The notes: generated by a model from the sequence alone, not told the origin. Positions 10,983 through 19,376 are shown, counted from the first letter of the stretch. The stretch: 64,000 bases of DNA from Fimbriimonadales bacterium (GCA_041744215.1 JBGTLG010000006.1:1-64000); one strand, 5' to 3'. Translations and numbers: made by a program.

Positions 10983-11272
10983 GGATCGAGTTTTTGACCA
11001 AGCCGAAGTGCGAACCGTCCGAGGTGATGTATCCCCGGGTTGTCGAGGTTCTGGGAGCAGATGGGTTCGAAGTCGTAGACGTCGCGCAGTTGCCGTTGGA
11101 CGACGTCCGCCGAGGTTACGACACGCCAACGCTGCTCCTAGACGGTGTGGACGCGTTCGGCTCCGTGCCTAGGCGCGACCTTACGCTCCCGCCTAACTGA
11201 CGGCTCTATCCGGGCGGGGTCCCGTCCGTCGAGAAGCTCAGAGACGCTTTCGCAGATAAGAGGCGGCCATGA
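10979..11272 (+). CDS. Thioredoxin-fold small protein (DUF2703/DF-type), probable selenoprotein with Sec at TGA 11198-11200
   Basis: MRIEFL...C at N-terminus, TPTLLLDGVD core; after the TGA the frame continues RLYPGGVPSVEKLRDAFADKRRP*, giving U-R-L-Y where this family has C-R-x-Y; SECIS-like hairpin follows. Confidence 0.75.
11201..11230 (+). promoter_or_regulatory. Candidate bacterial SECIS element
   Basis: Stem GGGCGG/CCGTCC closing a GGTC loop whose first G lies 17 nt downstream of the in-frame TGA. Confidence 0.6.
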
Positions 11273-11435
11273 AGGTCCATCGCATTTTGTCAACCGGCCA
11301 AACGTGCAATCAGCGACCGGCCGTGGACGTACGTCGTGGTCGCGCCGATCCAGTACCTTCATGATTGTGGGCCTTGCGATCTTCTGCATAGTCGCAAACG
11401 ACTATGCTATGAAGTGTAGCGCGTAAACTGCGCCC

Positions 11436-12179
11436 ATGCTCGAAGCCCTCGTCGCGCTGGTCGCCGTTGTGGCAGGGATGGTGGCGAGCGTGGTCGGGTT
11501 CGGCATCGGGTCCCTGCTAACGCCCACGCTGGCAACGCAGATGGACATGAAGATCGCGGTCGCCGCGGTCTCCGTCCCGCACCTCATCGCAACAGCCTAT
11601 CGCCTCTGGCTGGTGAGAGACGCGATCAACAAAGATGTGTTCAAGAGCTTCGGGCTAACGAGCGCGGTCGGTTCGCTTTGTGGGGCATTCCTCGGCGCGA
11701 TCTGGGGAAACGCAGGGCTTGGCGCGCTGCTCGCCGCGCTGCTTCTCTTCGTCGGGATTGGCGGGCTGACCGGCCTTCTCGATCGGCTACAGTTCCACGG
11801 GAAGGCGCGCTGGGTCGCGGGGCTGGCGTCGGGCCTGTTCGGCGGTCTGGTTGGCAACCAAGGCGGCGTGCGCTCCGCCGCGCTGCTGGGGTTCGACCTA
11901 AACAAACAGGCGTTCGTCGCGACCGCGACGGCGAGCGGCGTGATCGTGGACCTCGCGCGGATGCCGGTCTATGGTGCGCTGTATTGGCGGCAACTTATGG
12001 AGCAATGGCCGCTTATTGCGATAGCGACGGCAGGATGTCTGATCGGCACGGTGGTCGGCAAGCGAACGCTCGACAAAGTTCCGCAGACCTCGTTTCGCAA
12101 GGTCGTTTGCGTCGTGCTCATCGCGACTGCGGTGTTCGTTCTCGCGCGGTTCGTGTTCGTTGCTCTGCCTGCGATTTGA
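11436..12179 (+). CDS. TauE/SafE (TSUP) family sulfur-compound exporter
   Basis: About 8 hydrophobic helices, GFGIGSLLTP and GLFGGLVGNQGG repeats, AFVATA motif. Confidence 0.88.
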   Translation: MLEALVALVAVVAGMVASVVGFGIGSLLTPTLATQMDMKIAVAAVSVPHLIATAYRLWLVRDAINKDVFKSFGLTSAVGSLCGAFLGAIWGNAGLGALLAALLLFVGIGGLTGLLDRLQFHGKARWVAGLASGLFGGLVGNQGGVRSAALLGFDLNKQAFVATATASGVIVDLARMPVYGALYWRQLMEQWPLIAIATAGCLIGTVVGKRTLDKVPQTSFRKVVCVVLIATAVFVLARFVFVALPAI

Positions 12180-12358
12180 TTGAAGCGCGAGCCTGCTGCG
12201 CCCGGCGCGCTTCTGACAGTTCTCACTCGAAGAATATGCTTTTCAGGTGCGCATCTCACGCGCACTGCGCCGCAAGCCTCCGTCAGGGGATTGATATCTC
12301 TCGGTCCGTAGCGCTTCATATCAAAAAATGAGCGCGCTGATCTTAAAAGCCCGGGGTG

Positions 12359-12571
12359 CTATCTCTCCAAAAGCGCCTCGCCCTCTTCGGTCAGCGAGAC
12401 CCGCGAACCGCCCGCCTCCAAACGCAGCAAGCCGTCCGCGACCGCGTCCTCCCAAGGCGTGAATCGGGGGCAATGGCTTTTCCAGGCGTCCATCGTCTCG
12501 GCATAGGTGCGCGGCCGCTCCCGAACCCATTCGAGCAGTTGCAAAACGAGCGAAGCCGACGAGGCATCCAT
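12359..12571 (-). CDS. Small conserved hypothetical protein (about 70 aa, winged-helix-like)
   Basis: LLEWVRERPRTYAETMDAWKSHCPRFTPWEDAVADGL and terminal LTEEGEALL resemble a widespread uncharacterised family. Confidence 0.65.
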   Translation of the reverse strand: MDASSASLVLQLLEWVRERPRTYAETMDAWKSHCPRFTPWEDAVADGLLRLEAGGSRVSLTEEGEALLER

Positions 12572-12609
12572 CTTCGACGCCCAGTCTACTGCCCGTGCGG
12601 AAGCGTCAT

Positions 12610-14577
12610 CTATCCCCTCCCCAAAAACCGCGTGATTTCGTCGAAGGTCACCCACCCGTCGCCGTCGAGGTCCATCTTCTTTGCGTTGGCGATTCCGGCG
12701 CGCAGGAGCGCCTTTACGGTTTCGGCTTTCTTGGGCAAAGGGGGATCGAAGAGAAACGCGCCGGGGGGCGGATCGCCGGCCAGAAGGAAGTTGGCGACGA
12801 AGAAGGTGTAGTCGGCGGTGGCGGCTTTGCCGTCGGCGCTAAAGTCGCAATGGGGCGGTGGCGTTCCGATCGGGGTGTCGGGTGTCGGCCATTCGGTTCC
12901 AAACTGCGCGGCGAAGATGGCGAAATCAACGATGTCGATCACGTTGTCGCCGTTCGCGTCCCCGCCAAAGAGGGCGACGCTGGCATCATACTTGCTGCCT
13001 CCCAAATGCGCGACGGCCGCCGTTGTGCGAACGGTGTGCAGCGGATCCTTGACAGAAACCAGCGTGAAGTTCGCGTTGTTCGCGGGCACCCCGTCGGCAT
13101 CGGTCAAAACGATGGTGCCGGTTCCATTTGGCGCAAACAAAACATCGCGTTCGATAAACACCGGCGATCCGCTTTGCGTGCCGCCCATATGAATCTCCAT
13201 TCCGCGCGTGAATGATGAGGTGTGTGACGCGCCAATCAGCTGGATTGTCAACTCGAAACGCGGCGATTGCGGCTGCTGATACTTGATCGTGTAATAGTCT
13301 GCGTTCGTCGCGACCGAACGACCGGTGACGTAGACTCCTCCGGTGTCGTCGATGCAGATCGCATTCGCTTCGTCGAGTGTATTGCTCGGGCCGTTGTAGC
13401 GCATGACCCATTCGAGCCCACCGTTCGAGTCGTATCGAATCGTGGCGTAGTCCATGTGGCCATTCGCCGCAGCAGAGCCTCCCGTTACGTAAACCTCGTC
13501 GTCGGGACCCAGCGCGGTGGCTTTTGCGATGTCGGTTCCGCCCACGCCGTCGTATCTGGCCACCCAAAGTTGAGTGCCCGCCGAATCGTATTTTATCGTC
13601 GCGTAGTCTGCGCCGAATCCAGACCTATGGGAGTTTCCTGTGACAATCACGGAACCATCGGCAGTGACCACGATTGCGTTCGCAACATCCTCTCCGAGGC
13701 TTGGGCCGTCATAACGCGCGACCCAAACCTGCGTACCGTCACCCGCTGCGTACTTGATGGTTGTGTAGTCAACGTTCGAACTTGTCGATCGCGAAAATCC
13801 AGTTACGTAGACGAATCCATCTCGGTAGGCCATGGCCGTCGCACCATCAGCAGAGTTTCCGGGCCCGTTGTAAAACTTCGACCACTGAAGCGTTCCTGCT
13901 GAATCATATTTGATAAGCACGATGTCGTCGTTTGTTCCGATTCTGCCAATGCCGCACACATAGACGTTTCCGCTCTCGTCGAGCGCCATGGCAAAGCCTT
14001 CGTCTCGGCTGGACGCCGGTCCATTGAAGTGTCGCGTCCACAGTTCGTTGCCATCGTTGTCATACTTGATCGTCGTAATGTTTGCGGTGTTGAGGGTGGC
14101 GCCGTTTGATCCGCCGGTGACATAGACGTTGCCGCTTGCATCGACGCAGATTGCGCGCGAGAGGTCGTGGGCGCTTCCTGCGGTTGTAAACCTTCTCACC
14201 CACACTTGGCTGCCATTCGGATCGTATTTGACCGTTGCGTAATCGAACCCTGTCGTCGCCGTTATCGATTCGCCGGTTACAAAAACGTTGCCGCTTGCAT
14301 CGACGGCGAGCGCGCGGGCTCGATCTGCGCCTGCGCCGCCGTGGTAGCGCGCTTCCCAAAGCAGCGCGCCAGAAGGGGAGAGCTTTAGCGTTGCAAAGTC
14401 GGAGTTGTTCCCGAACGATTCGCCTGTGACCAGGATGTTTCCTTGATGATCGCGCGCGATTGCGTAGGCTATGTCCACGCCGCCGGTTCCTATGTATCGG
14501 TGCCCCCACTCCTCGGCGACCTGCGCGTGCGACGCGGTCGCGGCGACGGCCGCCGAAAGCCACAATCCTCTCTTCAT
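12610..14577 (-). CDS. Secreted SBBP-repeat beta-propeller protein with C-terminal dockerin-like/EF-hand region
   Basis: Signal peptide; seven repeats of type AIAVDxSGNVYVTG...DYATIKYDxxGxxxWxxRY; GDANGDNVIDIVDF, DFSADGK and DLDGDGWVTFDE calcium-binding loops. Confidence 0.88.
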   Translation of the reverse strand: MKRGLWLSAAVAATASHAQVAEEWGHRYIGTGGVDIAYAIARDHQGNILVTGESFGNNSDFATLKLSPSGALLWEARYHGGAGADRARALAVDASGNVFVTGESITATTGFDYATVKYDPNGSQVWVRRFTTAGSAHDLSRAICVDASGNVYVTGGSNGATLNTANITTIKYDNDGNELWTRHFNGPASSRDEGFAMALDESGNVYVCGIGRIGTNDDIVLIKYDSAGTLQWSKFYNGPGNSADGATAMAYRDGFVYVTGFSRSTSSNVDYTTIKYAAGDGTQVWVARYDGPSLGEDVANAIVVTADGSVIVTGNSHRSGFGADYATIKYDSAGTQLWVARYDGVGGTDIAKATALGPDDEVYVTGGSAAANGHMDYATIRYDSNGGLEWVMRYNGPSNTLDEANAICIDDTGGVYVTGRSVATNADYYTIKYQQPQSPRFELTIQLIGASHTSSFTRGMEIHMGGTQSGSPVFIERDVLFAPNGTGTIVLTDADGVPANNANFTLVSVKDPLHTVRTTAAVAHLGGSKYDASVALFGGDANGDNVIDIVDFAIFAAQFGTEWPTPDTPIGTPPPHCDFSADGKAATADYTFFVANFLLAGDPPPGAFLFDPPLPKKAETVKALLRAGIANAKKMDLDGDGWVTFDEITRFLGRG

Positions 14578-14740
14578 TCCCTCTCTCCTTGCCGCCTCAG
14601 GCCCCCCGGTCCGCGACCCTCTCGCGACGTTGGGGAAAGTCTACAAAAACTGGCGGGCGATGTCAAGGCCTAATTACCAGGTTTTTTGAGGTTTGGGGTC
14701 GGGTTGGGTCGGTCGCTGGGTGAATACACGCGGCGAAACC

Positions 14741-14958
14741 GGCCCGATATCGGAAACCGCCAGCGCGACGGTGGTGGCGTAAAGTAAACATCGCCGGGGC
14801 GGCAACGCCCCGGCGTTTACTCGATTGCTCATATTTACCGCGGTCGTAAATATGACCCAGACTGTAAACGCTGATGACCAGGCAGGCCCGGATTCCAAAC
14901 CGATGGCGCGACGGTAAGGGCGTAAACTAAACACCGCCGGGGCGACAACGCCCCGGCG
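14741..14958. repeat. Two imperfect direct repeats of about 75 bp (14741-14815, 14885-14958), each ending in a perfect 10-bp GC hairpin, separated by a third hairpin
   Basis: Shared GGCCCG..AAACCG-NNN-GCGCGACGGT..GGCGTAAA-N-TAAACA-N-CGCCGGGGCG-(G/A)CAA-CGCCCCGGCG; spacer hairpin TCATATTTAC/GTAAATATGA at 14829-14855. Confidence 0.85.
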
Positions 14959-15017
14959 GGAAACAGCTAGTTTTGTGAATCAGGCCGAAAGTTTGGCGGC
15001 GCGAGGGAAGATGCGAC

Positions 15018-16103
15018 ATGAGTCTGATAGAAGAGTATAGGAACACGAGACACGAGTATGAGGCGGCTACAACTAGCTTTCGCAAACTGATAGAAGGGAT
15101 CCTCAGCGACCGGAAGGATGAAATTCATCACATCGAAGACAGATGCAAGGACGTGGAGAAGCTAGAAGAAAAGATTGAGCGAAAGGAGTTTAAGTACGAG
15201 AACCTCGACAATGTCTCTGATCTATGCGGTGTGCGCGTCATTACTTACTATCAAGACAGCGCACGGGCCATCGCCGAGATCCTAAAAGCCGAGCTGGAGC
15301 TAATTGAAGTTGTAGACCATAGTTCGCACGATGACGAGCCGGGACAGTTCGGCTATGAATCCATCCATTTAGTTCTGACATTAGATTGGATGAGGCGACA
15401 ACAACCTGAGAATCGGCCGTGCGGTGACAAGAGAGTCGAGGTTCAGATTCGAACCGTCTGCCAACATGCTTGGGCTGCGATAAGTCATAAGTTGACGTAC
15501 AAAACGGGCAACCGTGCTCCGGCCGTAGAACGGCAACTCAATCGATTATCCGCCCTGTTGGAGATAGCGGATGACCAATTCATCAAGATTCGAGACTCTG
15601 TGAACAAAGCCCGTGAGGACTACGATGCTGAGTTTCAGTCCGGAAACTTTGCCCAAGAACTCAACTGGGATTCGCTGATTATGTTTCTCGAAAACCACTT
15701 TGATCTGCCGCGCTTCTACGATGTCGTGGAGTCTCTCGGCATGCCGCTGGTTAGCCGCGACAATGATGGGGGCGAGAATGCAGACTTCGCTCCAATATTG
15801 CTCGAATTGCTGGGATGGATGGGCATCAGCAGCATAGACGCATTGCGCACTGCGGTGAACGCTGTGTTCCAACAAGGGAGCAATCTCGGAGAGTGGTTGG
15901 AGCAGATCGGAGCTGAACTGATTGATCGATATCCCATGTACAAGGTGTGCACGCTGCAAGTGCTTCTGATTTTGATAGTTGCAAACTCACCGCAAATCAC
16001 AGACCTCGATGCCATTGGGGCTTTTATTGGGCCTCGCGACATCGTCTCATCTCGTATTCAGGAGTACTGGGACTCCCACTCCGCACAAAGTGAGGACTTG
16101 TGA
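15018..16103 (+). CDS. RelA/SpoT synthetase-domain protein (small alarmone synthetase-like) with uncharacterised C-terminal domain
   Basis: Synthetase motifs RCKD...K, DLCGVRVI, GYESIHL, EVQIRT, HAWA..SHKLTYK; no hydrolase, TGS or ACT domain visible. Confidence 0.9.
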   Translation: MSLIEEYRNTRHEYEAATTSFRKLIEGILSDRKDEIHHIEDRCKDVEKLEEKIERKEFKYENLDNVSDLCGVRVITYYQDSARAIAEILKAELELIEVVDHSSHDDEPGQFGYESIHLVLTLDWMRRQQPENRPCGDKRVEVQIRTVCQHAWAAISHKLTYKTGNRAPAVERQLNRLSALLEIADDQFIKIRDSVNKAREDYDAEFQSGNFAQELNWDSLIMFLENHFDLPRFYDVVESLGMPLVSRDNDGGENADFAPILLELLGWMGISSIDALRTAVNAVFQQGSNLGEWLEQIGAELIDRYPMYKVCTLQVLLILIVANSPQITDLDAIGAFIGPRDIVSSRIQEYWDSHSAQSEDL

Positions 16104-16182
16104 TTCTTTTGTGCCCGCACCTCTTTCCGTCTACGCGCGGGGCCAGGGCTTCGGGCTGGGCTGTTGGGGGTAGGCTTTTCGC

Positions 16183-17025
16183 ATGGGAATGAGATGGATT
16201 AAGCTGCTTAGCCTGGCGCTGCTTTGCGCAGGCTCTCTCCTTATCTCGAGTTGCCAAACCGGAGGCGGGCTCGTCTTCGTGTGGTTTATCTCGGACCGAA
16301 ACGGCAACCGCGACCTCTATCGAATGCTCACCAACGGAGCGGACGTTACGCAGATCACGAACGGGCTTTCTATCAACAGCTTCGACATCGACCGGCTGGG
16401 CCGGACCGTTGTTTTCGATTCGCTGACCGACCCGCAGATCTTTCGGATGAACTCCGACGGCACCGGCATCACGCCGATCACCACCGGGATCGCGAACAAG
16501 GCGCACCCGTCGATCAATCCCGCAGGAACGCACGTCGTGTTTTCGTCGGGGGGGAATCTGTGGACGATTGCGATCGACGGCAGCGGAGTGCAGATTCTTA
16601 CGAACACGGCGGATCCAGACGAGCAGCCGAATTGGGGCGCGAGGAATGTGATCGTTTTCAAACGCAACAACGACATTCGCGTTGTGAACAGCGACGGCAC
16701 CGGCGGCGCCGCGCTGACGACTTCGGGGCTTTCGAATTCGGGGCCTTCTTGGTCTCCTGACGGCGAGCGGGTTGTTTATTCGAGCGGCGACGTGGGTGGG
16801 ATCGAAATCTGGATCATGAATGCGAACGGCTCGAACAAAACGCGCGTGACCATGAATGCGTTCAACGACTTCAGGCCGAAACTGGGAAGCGACAATGAGA
16901 CTCTGTTTTGGTATCAGAATCAATCGGGGAACTTCGAGATCATGCGCAAGAAGATCGGCGAGCCGAGCGAAACGAATCTGACAGTGATGGCGGGACTCGA
17001 CATTTCGCCTTCGCTGTCGCGGTAG
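16183..17025 (+). CDS. TolB-like PD40/WD40 beta-propeller lipoprotein
   Basis: Lipobox-like LLISSC; repeats SDRNGNRDLYRM..G..VTQIT, PSWSPDGERVVYSS, IWIMNANGSNKTRVT. Confidence 0.85.
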   Translation: MGMRWIKLLSLALLCAGSLLISSCQTGGGLVFVWFISDRNGNRDLYRMLTNGADVTQITNGLSINSFDIDRLGRTVVFDSLTDPQIFRMNSDGTGITPITTGIANKAHPSINPAGTHVVFSSGGNLWTIAIDGSGVQILTNTADPDEQPNWGARNVIVFKRNNDIRVVNSDGTGGAALTTSGLSNSGPSWSPDGERVVYSSGDVGGIEIWIMNANGSNKTRVTMNAFNDFRPKLGSDNETLFWYQNQSGNFEIMRKKIGEPSETNLTVMAGLDISPSLSR

Positions 17026-17054
17026 CGCAGGGCGCCGCGCGCCGCCCTTGAGTT

Positions 17055-17510
17055 TTGCTTCTTGATCTGCTGGCCATGGGTACAGTCTTCGGCGTTATGG
17101 ACCCGTATGGCCTTTGGTTATTGAAGCAAGCGCTGTCAGGCGTGATAGGGTTGTTTCCTGTCACCATCGCACTGCTTTTCGGCGTCGGGGTTGCGATACT
17201 GAGGTTGCTAAACGGCGAGCGGCCGAATTGGGCAGTTTGGAGCGTCGTGTTGATCGCCATCGCGTCTCCGTTCGCCTTGCTTTATGTTGGCGTGTCGTGG
17301 CGCGCGACGTTCGATGAGATTCCTGCGAGCGATGTCGGACGCAACATACTCAACGCAGTCGCGATGACTCTGCTTGCGATCATGGTGGTAGGTGTCGCTC
17401 TATCTGGAAAAAACAGGCTCGCGTCCGCGCTTATCGCAGCGGCAAGCGCGTGGTTTTCGTTTTGGGCCTACTTTGTCTCAGTCATGTCCGTCACGGGCAG
17501 TTGGCTTTGA
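17055..17510 (+). CDS. Hypothetical integral membrane protein
   Basis: About four hydrophobic helices; start uncertain (TTG 17055 or ATG 17076). Confidence 0.65.
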   Translation: MLLDLLAMGTVFGVMDPYGLWLLKQALSGVIGLFPVTIALLFGVGVAILRLLNGERPNWAVWSVVLIAIASPFALLYVGVSWRATFDEIPASDVGRNILNAVAMTLLAIMVVGVALSGKNRLASALIAAASAWFSFWAYFVSVMSVTGSWL

Positions 17511-17629
17511 TCGGATCCAGCGGTGAGCCGTGCGATTTGCGATTGCGCCGCGTGAGATGTCGGCCTGCACAGGCAACGGGCGCTTAGGCGAGGGGCCTCT
17601 GACCCGGCGCGTCGCGCCATACTTTCTCG

Positions 17630-17965
17630 ATGCCGGAAAGGAAGAAGCACGACTGGTCGGTTCCGCCTTTGAGCCGTGCGGAGCGGGAGCGTTGGATGCT
17701 GCGGTTTATCGAGCCGCCTGCGAAGCACCCGAACCGGGCGGCGGTCTGGTCGTATTACACTGGCTGGGCGTCGCTGATTCCGGGAATTGGCTTGATGCTG
17801 GGGCCGCTGGCGTTGGTTTTCGGCATGAGCGGTCTGGTGGGTGCGCTGCTCGAACCGGGGAGGCCTGGGCTTCGGCACGCGAGCCTCGGCGCGTGCTTTG
17901 GCGTATTGACCACTGCTCTGAACACCACTCTTTTCCTCGTCATCGTGCCCGTGTTCGTCGGTTAG
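17630..17965 (+). CDS. DUF4190-like small membrane protein
   Basis: NRAAVWSYYTGWASLIPGIGLMLGPLALVFG...G..HA..G pattern typical of DUF4190. Confidence 0.7.
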   Translation: MPERKKHDWSVPPLSRAERERWMLRFIEPPAKHPNRAAVWSYYTGWASLIPGIGLMLGPLALVFGMSGLVGALLEPGRPGLRHASLGACFGVLTTALNTTLFLVIVPVFVG

Positions 17966-17982
17966 GGTATCAAGATGCCGGT

Positions 17983-19149
17983 TTGAGACGCGACCATTAC
18001 CGCACGCTTGGGATCGAGCGCGACGCCGACGTCGCCGTTATCAAGCGGGCGTATCGGAAGCTGGCGCGCAGATATCACCCGGACGTCAACCCTTCGGCAG
18101 ACGCTGCGCACAAGATGGTTGAGGTGAACGAGGCTTATCGGACTCTTTCGAGCGCGACGCTTCGCGGGGCGTATGACGCGCGTTTGCGCCGTGGGATTCC
18201 TGACGCTCCTCCTCCGAGGGCCCGCGCATCGGGCGAGGTTTTGATCACGCACCATCTTTCGGTCGTGGACTTGCCTTCGCCTGTTTATGCGGCTTGCTTC
18301 AGTCCTTCGTCTCGTCAGTTGGCGGTTGCTTGTTTCGACAATTCTGTTCGCTGTGTGGACGTTCGGACTGGGGGCGATTCTTGGGAGGTTGCGCTTTCTG
18401 GCGGTGTTGTTTCGGAGCTTCGCTGGTTGTCGCGCGACCGTTTGGTTGCTGCTGGTGCGAGCGACAAGACGGTTTCTTCTTGGCTGATTCGTCGGCGCGA
18501 GCTTGCGGAGTCTCGGACTCGGCGTATCGAGTGGGTTTCTCAGGTTGCGATCAGCCCGGATGGTCGGCGTTTGGCGATGGGCGGCGTGGACAGCACGGTT
18601 GCGGTGATGGATCGTCGTTCGGGGAAGGTTCGTTTCAGCAATCGTTGGCACGAGTCTTCTGTTGTCGCGGTTGCGTTCAGTTCTGATGGTCGGCTGATTG
18701 CGAGCGGCGGCAATGATCACCGGATTGTGTTGATGGAGTCGGGCGAGGGGATTCCGCTTAGCCGCTTGGAGTCGATTGGCGCTGAGGCTGCGCGATTGGC
18801 TTTTTCTCCGGATGACAGTTTGCTTGCTGCTGCGCTTGTTGATCGGAGCGTTCGGATTTATGAGGTTCGGACGGGTATGCCGCGGAAGGCGTTTTGGGGT
18901 CATGAAGCCGGGATCGAGACTTTGGCTTTTCATCCGAACGGCTGGCTTTTGGCGAGTTGCGATCGGAAGGGCCAGACGCGGATTTGGAATGCGATGGGCG
19001 GCAAGGCGGTGGAGGTTTTGGGTGGACACAAGTCGCCGATCAAGGCGGCGGTGTTTTCTCCGAATGGGAAGCTGTTTGCTGTTGGGGGTTTGGATCGGAG
19101 CGTTTCGATTTGGCAGGTGGACGTTGGGGAAGCTCGTCGCGCGGAGTGA
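17983..19149 (+). CDS. DnaJ J-domain fused to WD40 beta-propeller
   Basis: DHYRTLG..IKRAYRKLARRYHPDVN (HPD intact), EAYRTLS; seven WD40 repeats (FSPDG, GHE, GHKS, IW). True start is likely TTG 17983, not 17530. Confidence 0.9.
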   Translation: MRRDHYRTLGIERDADVAVIKRAYRKLARRYHPDVNPSADAAHKMVEVNEAYRTLSSATLRGAYDARLRRGIPDAPPPRARASGEVLITHHLSVVDLPSPVYAACFSPSSRQLAVACFDNSVRCVDVRTGGDSWEVALSGGVVSELRWLSRDRLVAAGASDKTVSSWLIRRRELAESRTRRIEWVSQVAISPDGRRLAMGGVDSTVAVMDRRSGKVRFSNRWHESSVVAVAFSSDGRLIASGGNDHRIVLMESGEGIPLSRLESIGAEAARLAFSPDDSLLAAALVDRSVRIYEVRTGMPRKAFWGHEAGIETLAFHPNGWLLASCDRKGQTRIWNAMGGKAVEVLGGHKSPIKAAVFSPNGKLFAVGGLDRSVSIWQVDVGEARRAE

Positions 19150-19153
19150 GGTG

Positions 19154-19182
19154 TTGGCAATCGCCGGAAAAGTTTGTACAAT
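19154..19182 (+). promoter_or_regulatory. Sigma70-type promoter
   Basis: TTGGCA (19154-19159), 17-nt spacer, TACAAT (19177-19182). Confidence 0.6.
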
Positions 19183-19187
19183 GCGTC

Positions 19188-19343
19188 CAGGTTCAGTGTT
19201 ATGCCGCATCGTTCTGGTACCGAGCGATGAGGTTACGGCGACCCGGATTTGGAGGGCGAGGGCGAGGAAGCCGGCTGCTTGAGTCGCCTTACCACCTGAG
19301 CGGGCCGTGGGGCGGGCGTCGACCCGGCAACGAGGCTCACCTG
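19188..19343 (+). ncRNA. Structured ncRNA, probable 6S RNA
   Basis: Follows a canonical promoter; ends pair (CAGGT/ACCTG, TGCCG/CGGCA), terminal stem GGCGAC/GTCGCC, central open region with CCACCTGAGCGGG resembling the 3-prime bubble of Terrabacteria 6S RNAs. Confidence 0.5.
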
Positions 19344-19376
19344 CCGAGCGGTCGCTGATCGCCGCATAATAGGGGC

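Noticed and set aside
12340-12360. ykkC/ppGpp riboswitch 3-prime motif AAAAGCCCGGG
   Set aside because: The rest of the aptamer is absent and the site lies between convergent genes.
14861-14968. Hammerhead ribozyme (CTGATGA at 14871 and GAAAC at 14960) or fluoride riboswitch (GCTGATGAC)
   Set aside because: No stem I can form between the putative cleavage site and CTGATGA, stem II would be abnormally long, and the 5-prime half of the fluoride aptamer is missing.
17530-17982. N-terminal extension of the DnaJ-WD40 ORF
   Set aside because: It overlaps a better DUF4190-like gene in another frame and has no protein-like features.
17962-19209. 415-aa minus-strand ORF and other long shadow ORFs (for example 16024-16923, 59873-60817, 60700-61659, 60860-61740)
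   Set aside because: They are antisense or off-frame to well-supported genes, R/P-rich, and expected from high GC and skewed codon usage.
19240-19346. SAM-I or cobalamin riboswitch (GGAGGG, ACCCGGCAAC, ACCTGCC)
   Set aside because: Core elements and their spacing do not fit, and the downstream gene has its own promoter; a stand-alone RNA explains the region better.
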